Assembly: GCA_963771885.1 (NCBI GenBank)
Contig: CAVYVF010000023.1
Location: forward strand, 32,001 to 96,000
Origin: Candidatus Bathyarchaeota archaeon
GTDB taxonomy: Archaea; Thermoproteota; Bathyarchaeia; TCS64
Reading direction: 5' to 3'
Length of the DNA: 64,000 nt
Of this stretch, positions 9,946-20,617 are shown one piece after another; position 1 is the first letter of the stretch, and each line of letters begins with the position of its first letter. The notes beneath the pieces are model-generated. The model did not search any database and had not been told where the DNA came from. It worked only from the letters and a program-made list of their open reading frames with translations. Position numbers and translations under genes: made by a program.

Positions 9946-10431
9946 ATGTCAGGTATGCGCAGAAAGGAGAAGGAGATCACTGAGAAGGCGGTCATCGAGG
10001 AGGTTCTCATGGAGAACCAGGTCGGTAGGCTCGCGACGGCCGTTGACAATGAGCCCTACGTCGTACCTCTCAACTACGTCTACTACGATGGCAAGGTCAT
10101 CTTCCATAGCCACAAGGACGGCACGAAGATGAGGAACATCGCCAAGAATCCGCGGGTCTGCTTCGAGGTCGACTCCGGGGAGATCGTGACAGGTGAGAAG
10201 CCCTGCGACTTCACATGGAAGTACAGGAGCGTCATCGTCAAGGGGAAGGCGAACATAATTGCTGATCCGGAGAAGAGGCTCACCGCTTTAAAGAGACTGA
10301 GCGACAAATACTCGCCCGGGAAGGGTAAAATGCTCACGGCAAAGGACATGGAGAAGAACCCGCAACTCCTCCTAGTCGAGATCATCATCGACCAGATGAC
10401 TGGAAAGAAGAGCCCCGTCAAACCCGCGTAA
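9946..10431 (+). CDS. Pyridoxamine 5'-phosphate oxidase-like flavin-binding protein (NimA-like)
   Basis: MRRKEKEI, PYVVPLNY, NPRVCFEVD, YRSVIVKG, MTGKKS. Confidence 0.85.
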   Translation: MSGMRRKEKEITEKAVIEEVLMENQVGRLATAVDNEPYVVPLNYVYYDGKVIFHSHKDGTKMRNIAKNPRVCFEVDSGEIVTGEKPCDFTWKYRSVIVKGKANIIADPEKRLTALKRLSDKYSPGKGKMLTAKDMEKNPQLLLVEIIIDQMTGKKSPVKPA

Positions 10432-10487
10432 ACCGTTCTGACACTTTCAGGAACCTTTTTCAGGGCGCCCATGTGCAGGGTTCCCTA

Positions 10488-11594
10488 ATGGGTATACCCG
10501 AGAAGATCAAGCAGATAGAGGAGGAGATGGCCCGTACCCAGGTCAACAAGGCCACTGAGAGGCACCTCGGGTTACTCAGAGCGAAGAAAGCGAAGCTCCA
10601 GAGAGAGCTCGAAGAGCAGACGCTGAAGGCGGCGGGGAAGGCGAGCGGCGACGACGGGTACGCAGTCAAGAAGACTGGGGACGCCACAGTCGTCCTAATC
10701 GGGCTCCCCAGTGTCGGGAAATCCACCATCCTCAACCAGATCACAAACGCCAAGTCGAAGACGGGCGCCTACGACTTCACGACACTGACCGTTGTTCCTG
10801 GGTTAATGGAGTATCGAGGTGCTAAAATCCAGGTTCTGGACCTCCCCGGCATCATCGCCGGCGCTGCTCAGGGCAAGGGACTCGGGAAACGTGTCCTCAG
10901 CGTCGCGAGGGCGGCGGACCTAGTTCTAATCACTCTCGACGTCTTCCAGCCTGGCGTCAAGCCGCTACTCTTCAAGGAGCTCCGCGAGATCGGTATCCGC
11001 CCCGACGAGAAGCCGCCGAATATCTTAATCGAGAAGACGCACACGGGCGGGCTCTCTGTAATCTGCCAGGTCCCCTTGACGAGGATCAAGAAGGAGACGA
11101 TAAAGGACATACTCGCCGTCTATGGCATCCACAACGCCAGGGTCATGATCCGCGAGGATATAAACGACGAGCAGCTCCTAGACGTGATACTCGGCAACAG
11201 GCACTATGTGTCGACCTTCGCCGTCCTCAACAAGATAGACATGATAGACAAGGAGAGCCTCCGTAAGGTCAGGGAAGGTCTTGACTACTACGTACTCCCC
11301 ATAGCCGCCGAGTCGGGGATAAACATCGACGAGTTCAGGGAGCAGCTCTACCAGAAGCTCCAGTTCATCAGGATATACATGCGTCCGAAGGGCGGCGAGA
11401 CCGACTACAAGGAGCCACTGATCGCGCGTGTGGGGTACACTGTCGGGGACGTCTGCGACATGCTCCACAAGGCGCTGCGGTCCGACTTCAAGTACGCGCA
11501 GGTCTGGGGGAAGAGCGTCAGATTCGGCGGCCAGAAGGTAAGCCTCGCCCACAAGCTCGTCGACGAGGACGTGCTCACCTTCGTCACGAAGTGA
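10488..11594 (+). CDS. DRG/Rbg-family (OBG) GTPase with TGS domain
   Basis: NKATERHLG, GLPSVGKST, YDFTTL, DLPGII, NKID, HKLVDEDV. Confidence 0.93.
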   Translation: MGIPEKIKQIEEEMARTQVNKATERHLGLLRAKKAKLQRELEEQTLKAAGKASGDDGYAVKKTGDATVVLIGLPSVGKSTILNQITNAKSKTGAYDFTTLTVVPGLMEYRGAKIQVLDLPGIIAGAAQGKGLGKRVLSVARAADLVLITLDVFQPGVKPLLFKELREIGIRPDEKPPNILIEKTHTGGLSVICQVPLTRIKKETIKDILAVYGIHNARVMIREDINDEQLLDVILGNRHYVSTFAVLNKIDMIDKESLRKVREGLDYYVLPIAAESGINIDEFREQLYQKLQFIRIYMRPKGGETDYKEPLIARVGYTVGDVCDMLHKALRSDFKYAQVWGKSVRFGGQKVSLAHKLVDEDVLTFVTK

Positions 11595-11647
11595 CACGAT
11601 TCTGTCTATACGCCAACTTGCGCTACCATAGATAAGAGAAGAAAAAT

Positions 11648-13517
11648 TTAGACTTTTACCAGCTGCATCTCGGTCAGGCGCCGGTATAGCTCATTCTTCT
11701 TGACTAGCTGGTTGTGTGTCCCCTCAGTCTGTACCTCGCCGTTGTACAGGACGATTATACGGTCGGCGTCCCTTACTGTGCTGACGCGGTGGGTGACTAT
11801 TAGGATCGTGCGGTGCTCCATTTCGGCTTTGAGCGCGTTCTGGATTAGCTGCTCGGTGTAGGGGTCGACGCTGCTGGTTGCTTCGTCGAGTATGAGTATC
11901 TTTGGGTCGGAGATGAGTGCCCGCGCCAGGCAGACGAGCTGGCGCTGTCCGTAGCTGAGGTTGCTCCCGCGTTCCCTGACCCCTTCGTCGTAGCCCTTGG
12001 GGAAGGCGCATGATGAGGTCGTGTATGCCGACTAACTTTGCGACCCTGATCATCTCCTCCTCGGATGCGTCTGGACGCCCGAACTTGAGGTTGTAGCGGA
12101 GCGTTCCCTGGAAGAGGTAGGGTTCCTGGAGGACGATTCCCACCTTTCGGCGGAGCGCCTTGAGTTTCACCTTCCTGAGGTCCACGCCGTCGATGGTGAC
12201 CGTCCCCGAGTCGGGGTCATAGAATCGTCCGACGAGGTTTATGATGCTCGACTTACCCGAGCCGGTGGGGCCGAAGATAGCGAGGCGCTCCCCGGGGCGC
12301 GTCTCGATGTTTATCCCCTTGAGGACAGGCTGATCCTTCACGTAGCTGAAGCGCACGTCCTTCAGCTCGACGATGCCTTCTCCCTCGGGGAAGTCAACGG
12401 CGTCTGTTGCTTCCTTCACCTCGGGGTCGATGTCTAGGACGACGAAGATGCGTTCTGCGCCTGCCAATGCGCTCTGTATCTCTCCGTAGAAGGTGCTGAT
12501 GTTCTGGATCGGCTCGAGGTAGCTCGTGGTGTACTGAGTGAAGGCGACCAAGTCGCCGATGGCGAGGTACGCGCCGAGGACCTGCTGGCCTCCGAAGAAC
12601 CAGATGAGCGTGCTGATGAGGGCGGCGAATAAACCGACCGTCGCCTCGTAGATGTTGGCGGTGACCTCTGCCTTTATCTGCGCCTTCGCGTTGGCGACGT
12701 TGACCTTGTTAAAGTCGGCAAGGCTCTTCTCTTCCTGCGCCATCGCCTTAGTTACCTTGGCGCCGACCATGAGGTCCTGAACCTTACCCGTCATCGAGGC
12801 GATGTTCTGCCTCGCTACGCGCCAGTTGTTCCTGACGAACCTGTTCAGCGTGGTTGTGACCACGGCTATGATTGGTGCCATGACGACGGCGACGACGGCG
12901 AGCTGCCAGTTGAGCAAGAACATCGTCCCCAGTATCGCGACAGCAGTTATGAGGTCAGCGACGACGCCGATTATGCCCGAGGAGACGAGCTTTCTCAGCG
13001 CCTCCGCATCGTTAGTGACCCTTGAGACTAGCTTCCCCGTGTTGCCGTACTCGAAGAAGTTCTGGCTCAGCTTCTCGAGGTGGAGGAAGAAGTCGGTCCT
13101 GATGTCGGCAATGATGTTGAGCCCGAGCTTGTTCAGGTAGTATTCCTGCAGGCTCATCACGCCCCAGAGGGCGAAGCCTACGGCGATGTAGATCAAGCCT
13201 GCGGCGACTATGTCCAGCCACTGTGTGGAGGCGCCGCCCCCTAGCATTGTGGCGATCCCCCTGATTATGTTTGCGAGCCAGACCTCGTTGGGCTCGGGCG
13301 TGTCGCTGATGAAGGTGTCGAGCGTGACCTTGTAGATGTATGGTCCCGAGAGGACTAAGGCGGTCTTCGCCACGATTATCAGCGCCATCGCGGCGACGAG
13401 TGACCTGTGGTGCAGCATGTAGTCCCTGATTATCCTCTTGACGAGTTCCCAGTCGCTGTACTTGCGCTCTGTTGACTCTAGGGAACCGACGTCGTATCTG
13501 CCCGAGAACTCCGCCAT
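11648..13517 (-). CDS. ABC exporter, fused TMD-NBD (heterodimer subunit 2); +1 frameshift at about 12000
   Basis: GPTGSGKS; the signature LSYGQRQ and ILDEATSSVD continue in another frame after the G4 run at 11999-12002; stop at 11648. Confidence 0.88.
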
Positions 13518-15370
13518 CAGTCGTCAGCCTCCTTTTCGATGGTGAGGGTCTGTGACTCTATCAGCATCCTGTATTTTTCGCTCTCCTTCAGCAGTTTCTT
13601 GTGTTTTCCGACGGCGATTATTTGGCCCTGGTCGATGACGACGACCTTATCCGCCGACTCGCAGGTCGAGGCGCGTTGTGTGATTATCAGCGCTGTGCGC
13701 CCCTCTAGAAGGGCGTCAATCGCTCTCCTGATCAACACCTCTGTCTCGGCGTCGACGTTGCTCGTCGAGTCGTCGAGGATGAGTATGCTCGGGTTGGTGA
13801 TGAGGACCCTCGCGATGGCGATCCTCTGGCGTTGCCCGCCGCTCAGCGTGAGACCCCTCTCCCCGACGGGGGTGTCGTACCCCTTCGGCATCGAGGCGAT
13901 GTAGTCGTGAATCTGTGCGGCCTTCGCCGCAGCTATGACCTCTTTATCGGTCGCCTCCGGTTTGCCGAATCTGAGGTTCTCCTTGATTGTCTCGGAGAAT
14001 ATGTAGATGTCCTGAAGGACGATTCCTATCTGTCCCCTGAGGGACTTCAGCGAGGCCTCGCGGACATCGTGGCCGTCTACGGACACCTGCCCGACTGTTA
14101 CGTCGTAGAATCTGGGGACGAGCTCTGTCAGGGCGCTCTTCCCGCTTCCGACGAAGCCGATGATCGCCACCTTCTCCCCCGGGGAGACCTTGAGGTTGAT
14201 GTTTTGTAGAACCTCTGAGGTTCCGCCGTAGTTGAATGAGACGTCCTTGAACTCGATCTCACCCTTGAGGCGGGGAAGTTCAACGGGGTGTTCGGATTCG
14301 GGGACATCCCTCCCGACGTCTAGGACCTCGAAGACGCGCTTGGCGCTTACGACGCCGTCCTGGTAGAAGTCCATGAGTCGGGCGTACATCCTTACGGGGC
14401 CGACGATCTGGGTGAAGTATGTGCCAAAGAGGACAAGCTCGCCCAAGGTAAGGCTCCCCTCTAGGACCCTTATACCTCCGAAGACGAGGATGAGTGCTAC
14501 ACCTGTCGCGGCTATCACCGTGTTGGAGGGGGTGTAGAGTGACTGCAGCTTCGCCGTCTTGAGGCTCTTCTCGACGTATGAATGGTTCTCCTTGCTGAAC
14601 CACGCAGCGAATGACTCCTCCTGCCCGAAGCCCTTGATGAGCTTCTGAGCGGTGATCCCCTCGACGAGGACGCCGTTGAGGGAATCGAACTGGTTCTTGG
14701 CGGCGAGCATACGCCCCCTTACCCTGCTGAGGTATAGCCTCATGGTGACGAAGATGAAGGGGAGGGGGAGGAGCGTGATGAGAGCGAGCTGGCTATTTAT
14801 GCTGAGCAGGATGGCGATGGCAATGCCCAGTTGGAGGGTCATCCGGAAGAGTTCCCTGACCGTCTCCGAGTAGAAGAGGTCGATGGCGTTCATGTCGCTG
14901 GTGACCCTGCTTATTATCTGCCCCGTCCTGACTTGGCCGAGGTAGCTGAACGACTTGTTGATGAGCGCCTCGTAGAGCTGGCGGCGCATGTCGCGCAGTA
15001 TGTTCTGGCTCATGACGCCGCGGAAGTATCGGTGGACGACGAAGAAGGTGAACCTGACGAGGGCGAGGAGGAGTATGCAGCCGACGAGGATTACGAGGAG
15101 TCCACCACTGTCGGTGACGCCTGTCCACGACCTGATGAGGTCTATGAACCAGTTCTGGGCGCTGGGGGTGGGGATGAGGGCGAAGTCGATTATGAGCATG
15201 ACGACTAGGGGCGCGAGGAGGCTGTAGACACCCTCCCTCCCGAAGGCGGTGAGGTTGATGAGGAGATATGTCCCCATGTAGGGCTTTATGTAGCCGAGGA
15301 GCCTCTTCGTCAGTTCCCAGTTGCTCGGATTATACTCGCTCTTCATGTGCTGGTCCCACGTGTACGACAA
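13517..15370 (-). CDS. ABC exporter, fused TMD-NBD (heterodimer subunit 1)
   Basis: GFVGSGKS, LSGGQRQR, degenerate Walker B ILDDSTS. Confidence 0.92.
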   Translation of the reverse strand: MSYTWDQHMKSEYNPSNWELTKRLLGYIKPYMGTYLLINLTAFGREGVYSLLAPLVVMLIIDFALIPTPSAQNWFIDLIRSWTGVTDSGGLLVILVGCILLLALVRFTFFVVHRYFRGVMSQNILRDMRRQLYEALINKSFSYLGQVRTGQIISRVTSDMNAIDLFYSETVRELFRMTLQLGIAIAILLSINSQLALITLLPLPFIFVTMRLYLSRVRGRMLAAKNQFDSLNGVLVEGITAQKLIKGFGQEESFAAWFSKENHSYVEKSLKTAKLQSLYTPSNTVIAATGVALILVFGGIRVLEGSLTLGELVLFGTYFTQIVGPVRMYARLMDFYQDGVVSAKRVFEVLDVGRDVPESEHPVELPRLKGEIEFKDVSFNYGGTSEVLQNINLKVSPGEKVAIIGFVGSGKSALTELVPRFYDVTVGQVSVDGHDVREASLKSLRGQIGIVLQDIYIFSETIKENLRFGKPEATDKEVIAAAKAAQIHDYIASMPKGYDTPVGERGLTLSGGQRQRIAIARVLITNPSILILDDSTSNVDAETEVLIRRAIDALLEGRTALIITQRASTCESADKVVVIDQGQIIAVGKHKKLLKESEKYRMLIESQTLTIEKEADD

Positions 15371-15378
15371 GGCATATT

Positions 15379-15412
15379 ATGTAGATTATCTATATACGTA
15401 GATCGGTTACAT
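15379..15412. promoter_or_regulatory. Candidate PadR operator in the divergent promoter
   Basis: Tandem imperfect palindromes ATGTAGAT-T-ATCTATAT and ACGTAGAT-C-GGTTACAT in a 44-bp intergenic gap. Confidence 0.45.
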
Positions 15413-15414
15413 AG

Positions 15415-15978
15415 ATGCAGCCCATTCTCCCGCGGGAACAGAGCGTGAGCCCCGTCCAGATGTGGATACTTCTCATCCTCAGCGAGGGCCCCAACTACGG
15501 CTACAATGTGATCCAGCGTCTGGACGAGATGTTCTCGGGCTTCTGGAAGCCCAAGGCGGGGACGGTCTATCCCGCGATCGAGAAGCTGATGGATGGTGGT
15601 CTGATATCGGGTCGTGTGGAGCACAGGGAGGACGCCCCGGACAGGCACTATTACACGATCACCATCGTCGGTGAGGGCGCCCTCCGGCGTGGTATGGACA
15701 GGTGGGGCACTATGATGGAGTACATCGAGGAATACGGCGAGCGTCACCGCGCCATACGGAAGGGGAGCGCCGAGATGACACGCGAGGAACTAGGGGGCCT
15801 ACTTGTTAACTTCGGGGAATCCCTCAAGAGGGGCGAGGTTGAGGTGTCCGAGCACCTCACCGAGATGATGTCCGAGAAGATTAGGTTCCCCGAGCGCCTT
15901 GTCTACAAGTTCCTCTACGCCTATATCGAGGGCGGGCGCGAGATAGAGATCGAGATAGAGTGGGCACAGAGCGACTAG
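15415..15978 (+). CDS. PadR-family transcriptional regulator
   Basis: ILLILSEGPNYGY, WKPKAGTVYP, RHYYTIT. Confidence 0.9.
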   Translation: MQPILPREQSVSPVQMWILLILSEGPNYGYNVIQRLDEMFSGFWKPKAGTVYPAIEKLMDGGLISGRVEHREDAPDRHYYTITIVGEGALRRGMDRWGTMMEYIEEYGERHRAIRKGSAEMTREELGGLLVNFGESLKRGEVEVSEHLTEMMSEKIRFPERLVYKFLYAYIEGGREIEIEIEWAQSD

Positions 15979-16673
15979 CCCCTCTTCAGGACCCGCTTTT
16001 CCATCGGCAGCTTCTCCGAGGCATAGTGGAGGACCAAGGCGGAGGTCCTCGGCCTCCACTTTATAAGATATGCACGGACCTCGTCAGGGTGCCTCTTCGA
16101 CACCTCCTTGAGGAGCCAACCGACGCCCTTCTGCACCATATCGTCGCGGTCCTCCATGAGCTTATCCGCGACCCTGAAGGCGTCTTCGAGCAAGTCTCCC
16201 CTCCTCGCAATCGGGACGAGGGACACCGCGGCGGCTCGGCGCCTCCACCTGTTCTCCGAGCCCGTCCACTCGATGAGCCTTTCGACCAGGCGGGGGTCCT
16301 TCCTCACCGTCTCGTAGATGATGCCGGTGCAGAGGGTATCGGTTGTAGCCCAGTTCGTCAGGAAGTCGATCCAGGTATCAAAGGTGTCGAAGTGCTCGGG
16401 TGTTAGGCGTCCCTTCATCCGCTTGAGCATATTGTCGCCTATTATGGGCAACTCGATTACGCGCTGAGTATGCAGCTCCCCCGCAACCTCGATAGCCAGC
16501 GGGAGGTTTCCCTTGACTCTCGGGTAGAACCTGTCGGCGATCTCCTTGCACGTGGGCATGGGGAGGCCCCAGGCCTCGATTGGTTCCCTGAAGTAGCGCT
16601 TCGATGCCTCGGCCCTCTCGGGGTCGTAGTAGCGGCGCGTCTCCGCGACGATCTCCGCGGTGAGAGGGTTCAT
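15975..16673 (-). CDS. DNA alkylation repair protein (AlkD-like)
   Basis: NWATTD, SENRWRRRAA, DDMVQKGVGWLLKE. Confidence 0.88.
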   Translation of the reverse strand: MNPLTAEIVAETRRYYDPERAEASKRYFREPIEAWGLPMPTCKEIADRFYPRVKGNLPLAIEVAGELHTQRVIELPIIGDNMLKRMKGRLTPEHFDTFDTWIDFLTNWATTDTLCTGIIYETVRKDPRLVERLIEWTGSENRWRRRAAAVSLVPIARRGDLLEDAFRVADKLMEDRDDMVQKGVGWLLKEVSKRHPDEVRAYLIKWRPRTSALVLHYASEKLPMEKRVLKRG

Positions 16674-16677
16674 GGGG

Positions 16678-18261
16678 TCACGCCTTGAACCTGAGGGCGC
16701 CGGTCTTCGAGAGGCTCACGACGATCGGTTTGAGCCACGAGGGATCCTCGCGCGGGTAGTCCGTCCTGTAGTGGGCTCCGCGGCTCTCCTTTCTTTCCAT
16801 GGCTGCGCGTATTATCATCTCGGCGACCTCAAGCGCCATAGGCACCTCGAGTGCGACGAGCATGTCCCGCCCGTTCTTCGCAGTCATCCTATCCGCCATG
16901 AGCTTGAGGTCGAAGACCTCCTCGAAGGCCTCGGAAAGGCTCGCACTATCACGGATGATGCCCGCCTTCGCCCACATGGCCTCCCTGAGCCTGACCATGA
17001 TCTCGTAGGCGCCGTAGCCCTGATCCCTCCCAAGCAGGGTCTCGTATCGTTCTAACTCGGGCCTGGCGAGGTCCGTGACCTTCTCTTTCCTAGGGGCGTA
17101 TCCGGCTGCGGCTGCGCCCGCCCTCTGCCCGAAGACGAGTATGTCGGTGAGCGCGTTTCCACCGTGCCTGTTGGCGCCGTGTACGCCGCCGACGACCTCA
17201 CCTGCGGCGTAGAGGCCGGGGACACCGGTGTATCCCTGTTCGTCGATTATGACCCCGCCCATGTTGAAGTGGCAGATTGGGGCGACCCTGAATGGCTTCT
17301 CTGCCGCCTTGAGCTTGTCGACGAGGAGCTGATGCACGCCTTCGCCGGTGATCTGCCTATCGCTTCGATTCTTGAAGACCTCGCGGGCGTCGATCAGGAC
17401 GGAGCCGTCGACGCGTCCGCTCTGTGTGATCTCGGTCATGAGCGCCCTGCTCAGGAGGTCCCTACTCTTAAGGACAAGTGGGCGCGCCGTGAGCCCGTAC
17501 TTCTTGGGAATGTCCTCCCCGAGGCTGTTCATTATCTTCCCCTCCTCCGTGAGGGGTCCGCCGAGCAGGTAGGGTGGTTGACCCGGCTCAGCGAGTGCGA
17601 GCGGGAAGAACTGGACGAACTCCATGTCGCGCAGGCTCACCCCCGCGTGGAGCCCAAGGCTGTAGCCGTCCCCAGTCGTGCGTATCGGGCAGTCAGTCCT
17701 CTTGTATAGAGCACCTGCCCCACCGGATGCGAGAACGACCGCCCGAGCGGAGAAGACGACGGGCGTCTCATTCTTCACGTCGTAGCCAACAGCGCCGACC
17801 ACCACCTCACTCCTCTTGAGGAGTCTCGTCGTGACGATGTTGTCTAAGAACTCGACACCCTTGGACTGAGCATACTCGACCATGGGCTTCGTCATGCCGA
17901 GCCCCATAAGGTTGGGTATCGAGCCGACGGCTGCACCGTTCTTGTGGACGCGTACCTCGACGCCATAGTCCCTCATCTCGAGGATACGCTCAGGGCCCTC
18001 CCTTGTGAAGACCTCTACGAGGCGCCTGTCGTTCAGCCCCTTCCCCACCTCCATGGTGTCCCTCGCATGCTCCTCGGAGGTCATACCCTCGAGGGCTGCG
18101 CGGAAGCCGCCGCCAGCGACTACAGTACAGTTGTTCATCCCGGCGGGTGCCTTTGAGACGACTATCGTCTTCTTCCTGAGCCTGTTGACCTCGATGGCGG
18201 CTCGCAGCCCGGCCCCACCGGAACCGATTACGAGTACATCCGCGTCTACGGCGCTGACCAT
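16678..18261 (-). CDS. Fumarate reductase/succinate dehydrogenase flavoprotein-family oxidoreductase
   Basis: VIGSGGAG, TGDG, DMEFVQF, HFNMGG, HGANRHGGNAL, RKESRGAHYR. Confidence 0.85.
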   Translation of the reverse strand: MVSAVDADVLVIGSGGAGLRAAIEVNRLRKKTIVVSKAPAGMNNCTVVAGGGFRAALEGMTSEEHARDTMEVGKGLNDRRLVEVFTREGPERILEMRDYGVEVRVHKNGAAVGSIPNLMGLGMTKPMVEYAQSKGVEFLDNIVTTRLLKRSEVVVGAVGYDVKNETPVVFSARAVVLASGGAGALYKRTDCPIRTTGDGYSLGLHAGVSLRDMEFVQFFPLALAEPGQPPYLLGGPLTEEGKIMNSLGEDIPKKYGLTARPLVLKSRDLLSRALMTEITQSGRVDGSVLIDAREVFKNRSDRQITGEGVHQLLVDKLKAAEKPFRVAPICHFNMGGVIIDEQGYTGVPGLYAAGEVVGGVHGANRHGGNALTDILVFGQRAGAAAAGYAPRKEKVTDLARPELERYETLLGRDQGYGAYEIMVRLREAMWAKAGIIRDSASLSEAFEEVFDLKLMADRMTAKNGRDMLVALEVPMALEVAEMIIRAAMERKESRGAHYRTDYPREDPSWLKPIVVSLSKTGALRFKA

Positions 18262-18294
18262 GGGATAGACGGGGCGCGAGGTTGGATAAAACGA

Positions 18295-18768
18295 CTACCC
18301 GGCGAAGGTGACGCGCTCTAGGCAGACCTCCTCAGCCGACTGACGCGCTATGACGTTCTCGACTCCTAGACGGGTGTCAAACTCCTTCAACGTCGCCTGT
18401 ATGGCGGGTAGGGTGAGGTTACTGCATAGACCCTTGAGAAAGATGTCACAATCGACGCCGACCTCGAGGAAGGCTTCGTGGAAGGGGCACCTGCGGACGA
18501 CGAAGGTTACGCTCCTGTCGTCCCTCTTGTGGATAGCGACATCCGCCCCGGCGTCCCTCATGAAGCGCATGTAGACCTCTGTACCCATCTCCAGTGGGGT
18601 GAGACCCACGGTCATCTGCCTTCTCATCTCCTTAGCAATGAGGGGACCCTGCTTCTCCGCCGATTCCATCAACTTGTCGAGGCTCGGCTGTGTGCCGAGG
18701 TCCTTGATGACCTCAATGATGTAGAGTGTCAATAACGTATACCCGCGGCGGACCCCCTCGGCAGACAT
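18295..18768 (-). CDS. Hypothetical protein, V4R/ATC-hydrolase/methanogen output domain-like
   Basis: RRCPFHEA...C...LC...C pattern. Confidence 0.55.
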   Translation of the reverse strand: MSAEGVRRGYTLLTLYIIEVIKDLGTQPSLDKLMESAEKQGPLIAKEMRRQMTVGLTPLEMGTEVYMRFMRDAGADVAIHKRDDRSVTFVVRRCPFHEAFLEVGVDCDIFLKGLCSNLTLPAIQATLKEFDTRLGVENVIARQSAEEVCLERVTFAG

Positions 18769-18815
18769 ACGGGTGGGCTTCTATGCCGCCGCGGGATAAA
18801 TGTTAACCCGCGTGA

Positions 18816-18992
18816 CTAGAGGGGAACCGGGTCGCAGAGGTTTTTCGCCTCTCCTGCGGCTCGCCCGCATATCCGGCAGAGGAACTTAGGGTTCCTCACG
18901 AGCTCCTTGTACTCGGGGAGCTCCATCCCCTCGGCGACGAGGCTGCAGAGGTGCTGGTCGTGTCCGACGTGTGGCTTCTCGTAGAGAGGCAT
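18816..18992 (-). CDS. 58-aa Cys/His-rich putative metal-binding protein (not in ORF track)
   Basis: MPLYEKPHVGHDQHLCSLVAEGMELPEYKELVRNPKFLCRICGRAAGEAKNLCDPVPL; GGTGA SD. Confidence 0.75.
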   Translation of the reverse strand: MPLYEKPHVGHDQHLCSLVAEGMELPEYKELVRNPKFLCRICGRAAGEAKNLCDPVPL

Positions 18993-19037
18993 CCGTTCAC
19001 CGGGTCGAGGTGTGGAATGGTAGCGGATAAACGTTGA

Positions 19038-19847
19038 TCAGCTTAGCCTTCGCCACGCAGCGGTGGCGAGGAAGAAGGCGACGAGCGTGAAAACGATGAC
19101 GCCACTAGTCGCCACGTTGAAGAGGGCGGAGGCGAAGACGCCGACGAGGACGCTCGTAACCCCGAGCAGTATCGCCGTTATCGAAGTATCCCTGAAGTTC
19201 ATGCCTAATTGGAGCGCAGTGAGCCCGGGTATAACGAGGAGCGCTGCTACGAGTATCATGCCTACCACCTTTATACTGAGCACGATGGTAAAGGCGACGA
19301 GTACGTTGAGGATCGTGGAGAGCAGCCCGACGGGAACCCCCATAAGGCGTGAAGACTCCTCGTCGAAGGTGATGCTGAGCAACTCCTTATAGAAGACGCC
19401 TATGACGGCGATACTGACGAGCCCGAGCCCCGTCACGATGATGAGGTCGTTGAGCCCGATTGTGAGGATGGAGCCAAAGAGGTAACTGAATAGGTCGACG
19501 TTGAAGCCCCCGGCAAGGCTGATGAGTATGAGGCCGGTGCTGAATCCCACGGAGAGCATGACGGCTATCGCCGAGTCGCTCTGGGCGAGCCCGTGGCGGC
19601 GCATGTAGCCTATAGCTAGGACGCCGAGTACGGAAACTATGAGTGCTGTGTATAGGGGGTTGACCCCGAGGAAAAGTCCCAGGGCGATGCCCCCAAAGCT
19701 GATGTGGGCGACTCCGTCGCCTATCATCGACTCCTTGCGGAGAATCACGAAGACGCCGACGAGGGCGCAGACAAGCGCCGCCACCGAGCCCCCCAGCAGC
19801 GCATACTGGAAGAACCGGTAACCCAGAAGGCTAATCGGGTCCGTCAT
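19038..19847 (-). CDS. znuB: Metal (Zn/Mn-type) ABC transporter permease
   Basis: GDGVAHISFGG, SYLFGSIL, ITFDEE, VVGMILVAALLVIP. Confidence 0.9.
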   Translation of the reverse strand: MTDPISLLGYRFFQYALLGGSVAALVCALVGVFVILRKESMIGDGVAHISFGGIALGLFLGVNPLYTALIVSVLGVLAIGYMRRHGLAQSDSAIAVMLSVGFSTGLILISLAGGFNVDLFSYLFGSILTIGLNDLIIVTGLGLVSIAVIGVFYKELLSITFDEESSRLMGVPVGLLSTILNVLVAFTIVLSIKVVGMILVAALLVIPGLTALQLGMNFRDTSITAILLGVTSVLVGVFASALFNVATSGVIVFTLVAFFLATAAWRRLS

Positions 19848-20617
19848 CGTCGAATAGTCCCTCGCACATGTGCTCGTGGAACACGAAGTGGAAGTGTTCC
19901 CCGTACACCTTCTTTAAGGCCGTTGTGAAGGCAGCCTCGTCTCCTATGTCGGCGACGTTTACCTCCCTATTTACGCAGATTACCTTGCCCATCCTGCAGA
20001 ATACGGCGCTCAGGTCGTGGCTAACATCGATTATTGTAGTCCCCTTCAACCGGTTGAGGTTGCTAAGCTTCATGAAGAAGCGCTCCTGTGTCTCAGGGTC
20101 GACGCCGGCGACGGGCTCGTCGAGGAAGAGAACGTCTGGATCGCGGGCCATCGCCTTGGCGACGAAGACGCGCTGCTTCTGGCCTCCACTCAGCTGCCCT
20201 ATGCGCCTGTCGGCTAGGTCGGTGATGCCCATGAACTTGATCATCTCGTCGACGTGTCTCCAGTCCTCGGTTCCGAGGCGGCGCCCTATGTTGTTCCTAG
20301 TTATCCTACCGAGGCTAACGAGCTCACGGACGCTGAGTGGGAAGCTCTGGTCGAAGTTTGTAGCGTCCTGCCCCACGTAGGCGACTCGTTCCCAGTCTGC
20401 GGAACTGCTCCACAGGTGTCCCAAATAGCCTTATTGAGCCGGCGTCCCGTTGAAGGAGGCCCAGCGTCGCCTTGATTAGGGTCGTCTTCCCGCTGCCGTT
20501 TGGGCCGACGACACCGACGAAGTCGCCCCTGGATACGGTGAACGTGGCGTCCTTGATGACGGGTGCGACGCCCCTACTTATGGTGACGCCATCGACCTCT
20601 ATTACCGGCTGATCCAT
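19831..20617 (-). CDS. znuC: Metal ABC transporter ATP-binding protein; +1 frameshift at about 20402
   Basis: GPNGSGKTT in one frame; LSGGQKQR, LDEP, SHDL and a His-rich tail in the next. Confidence 0.85.
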
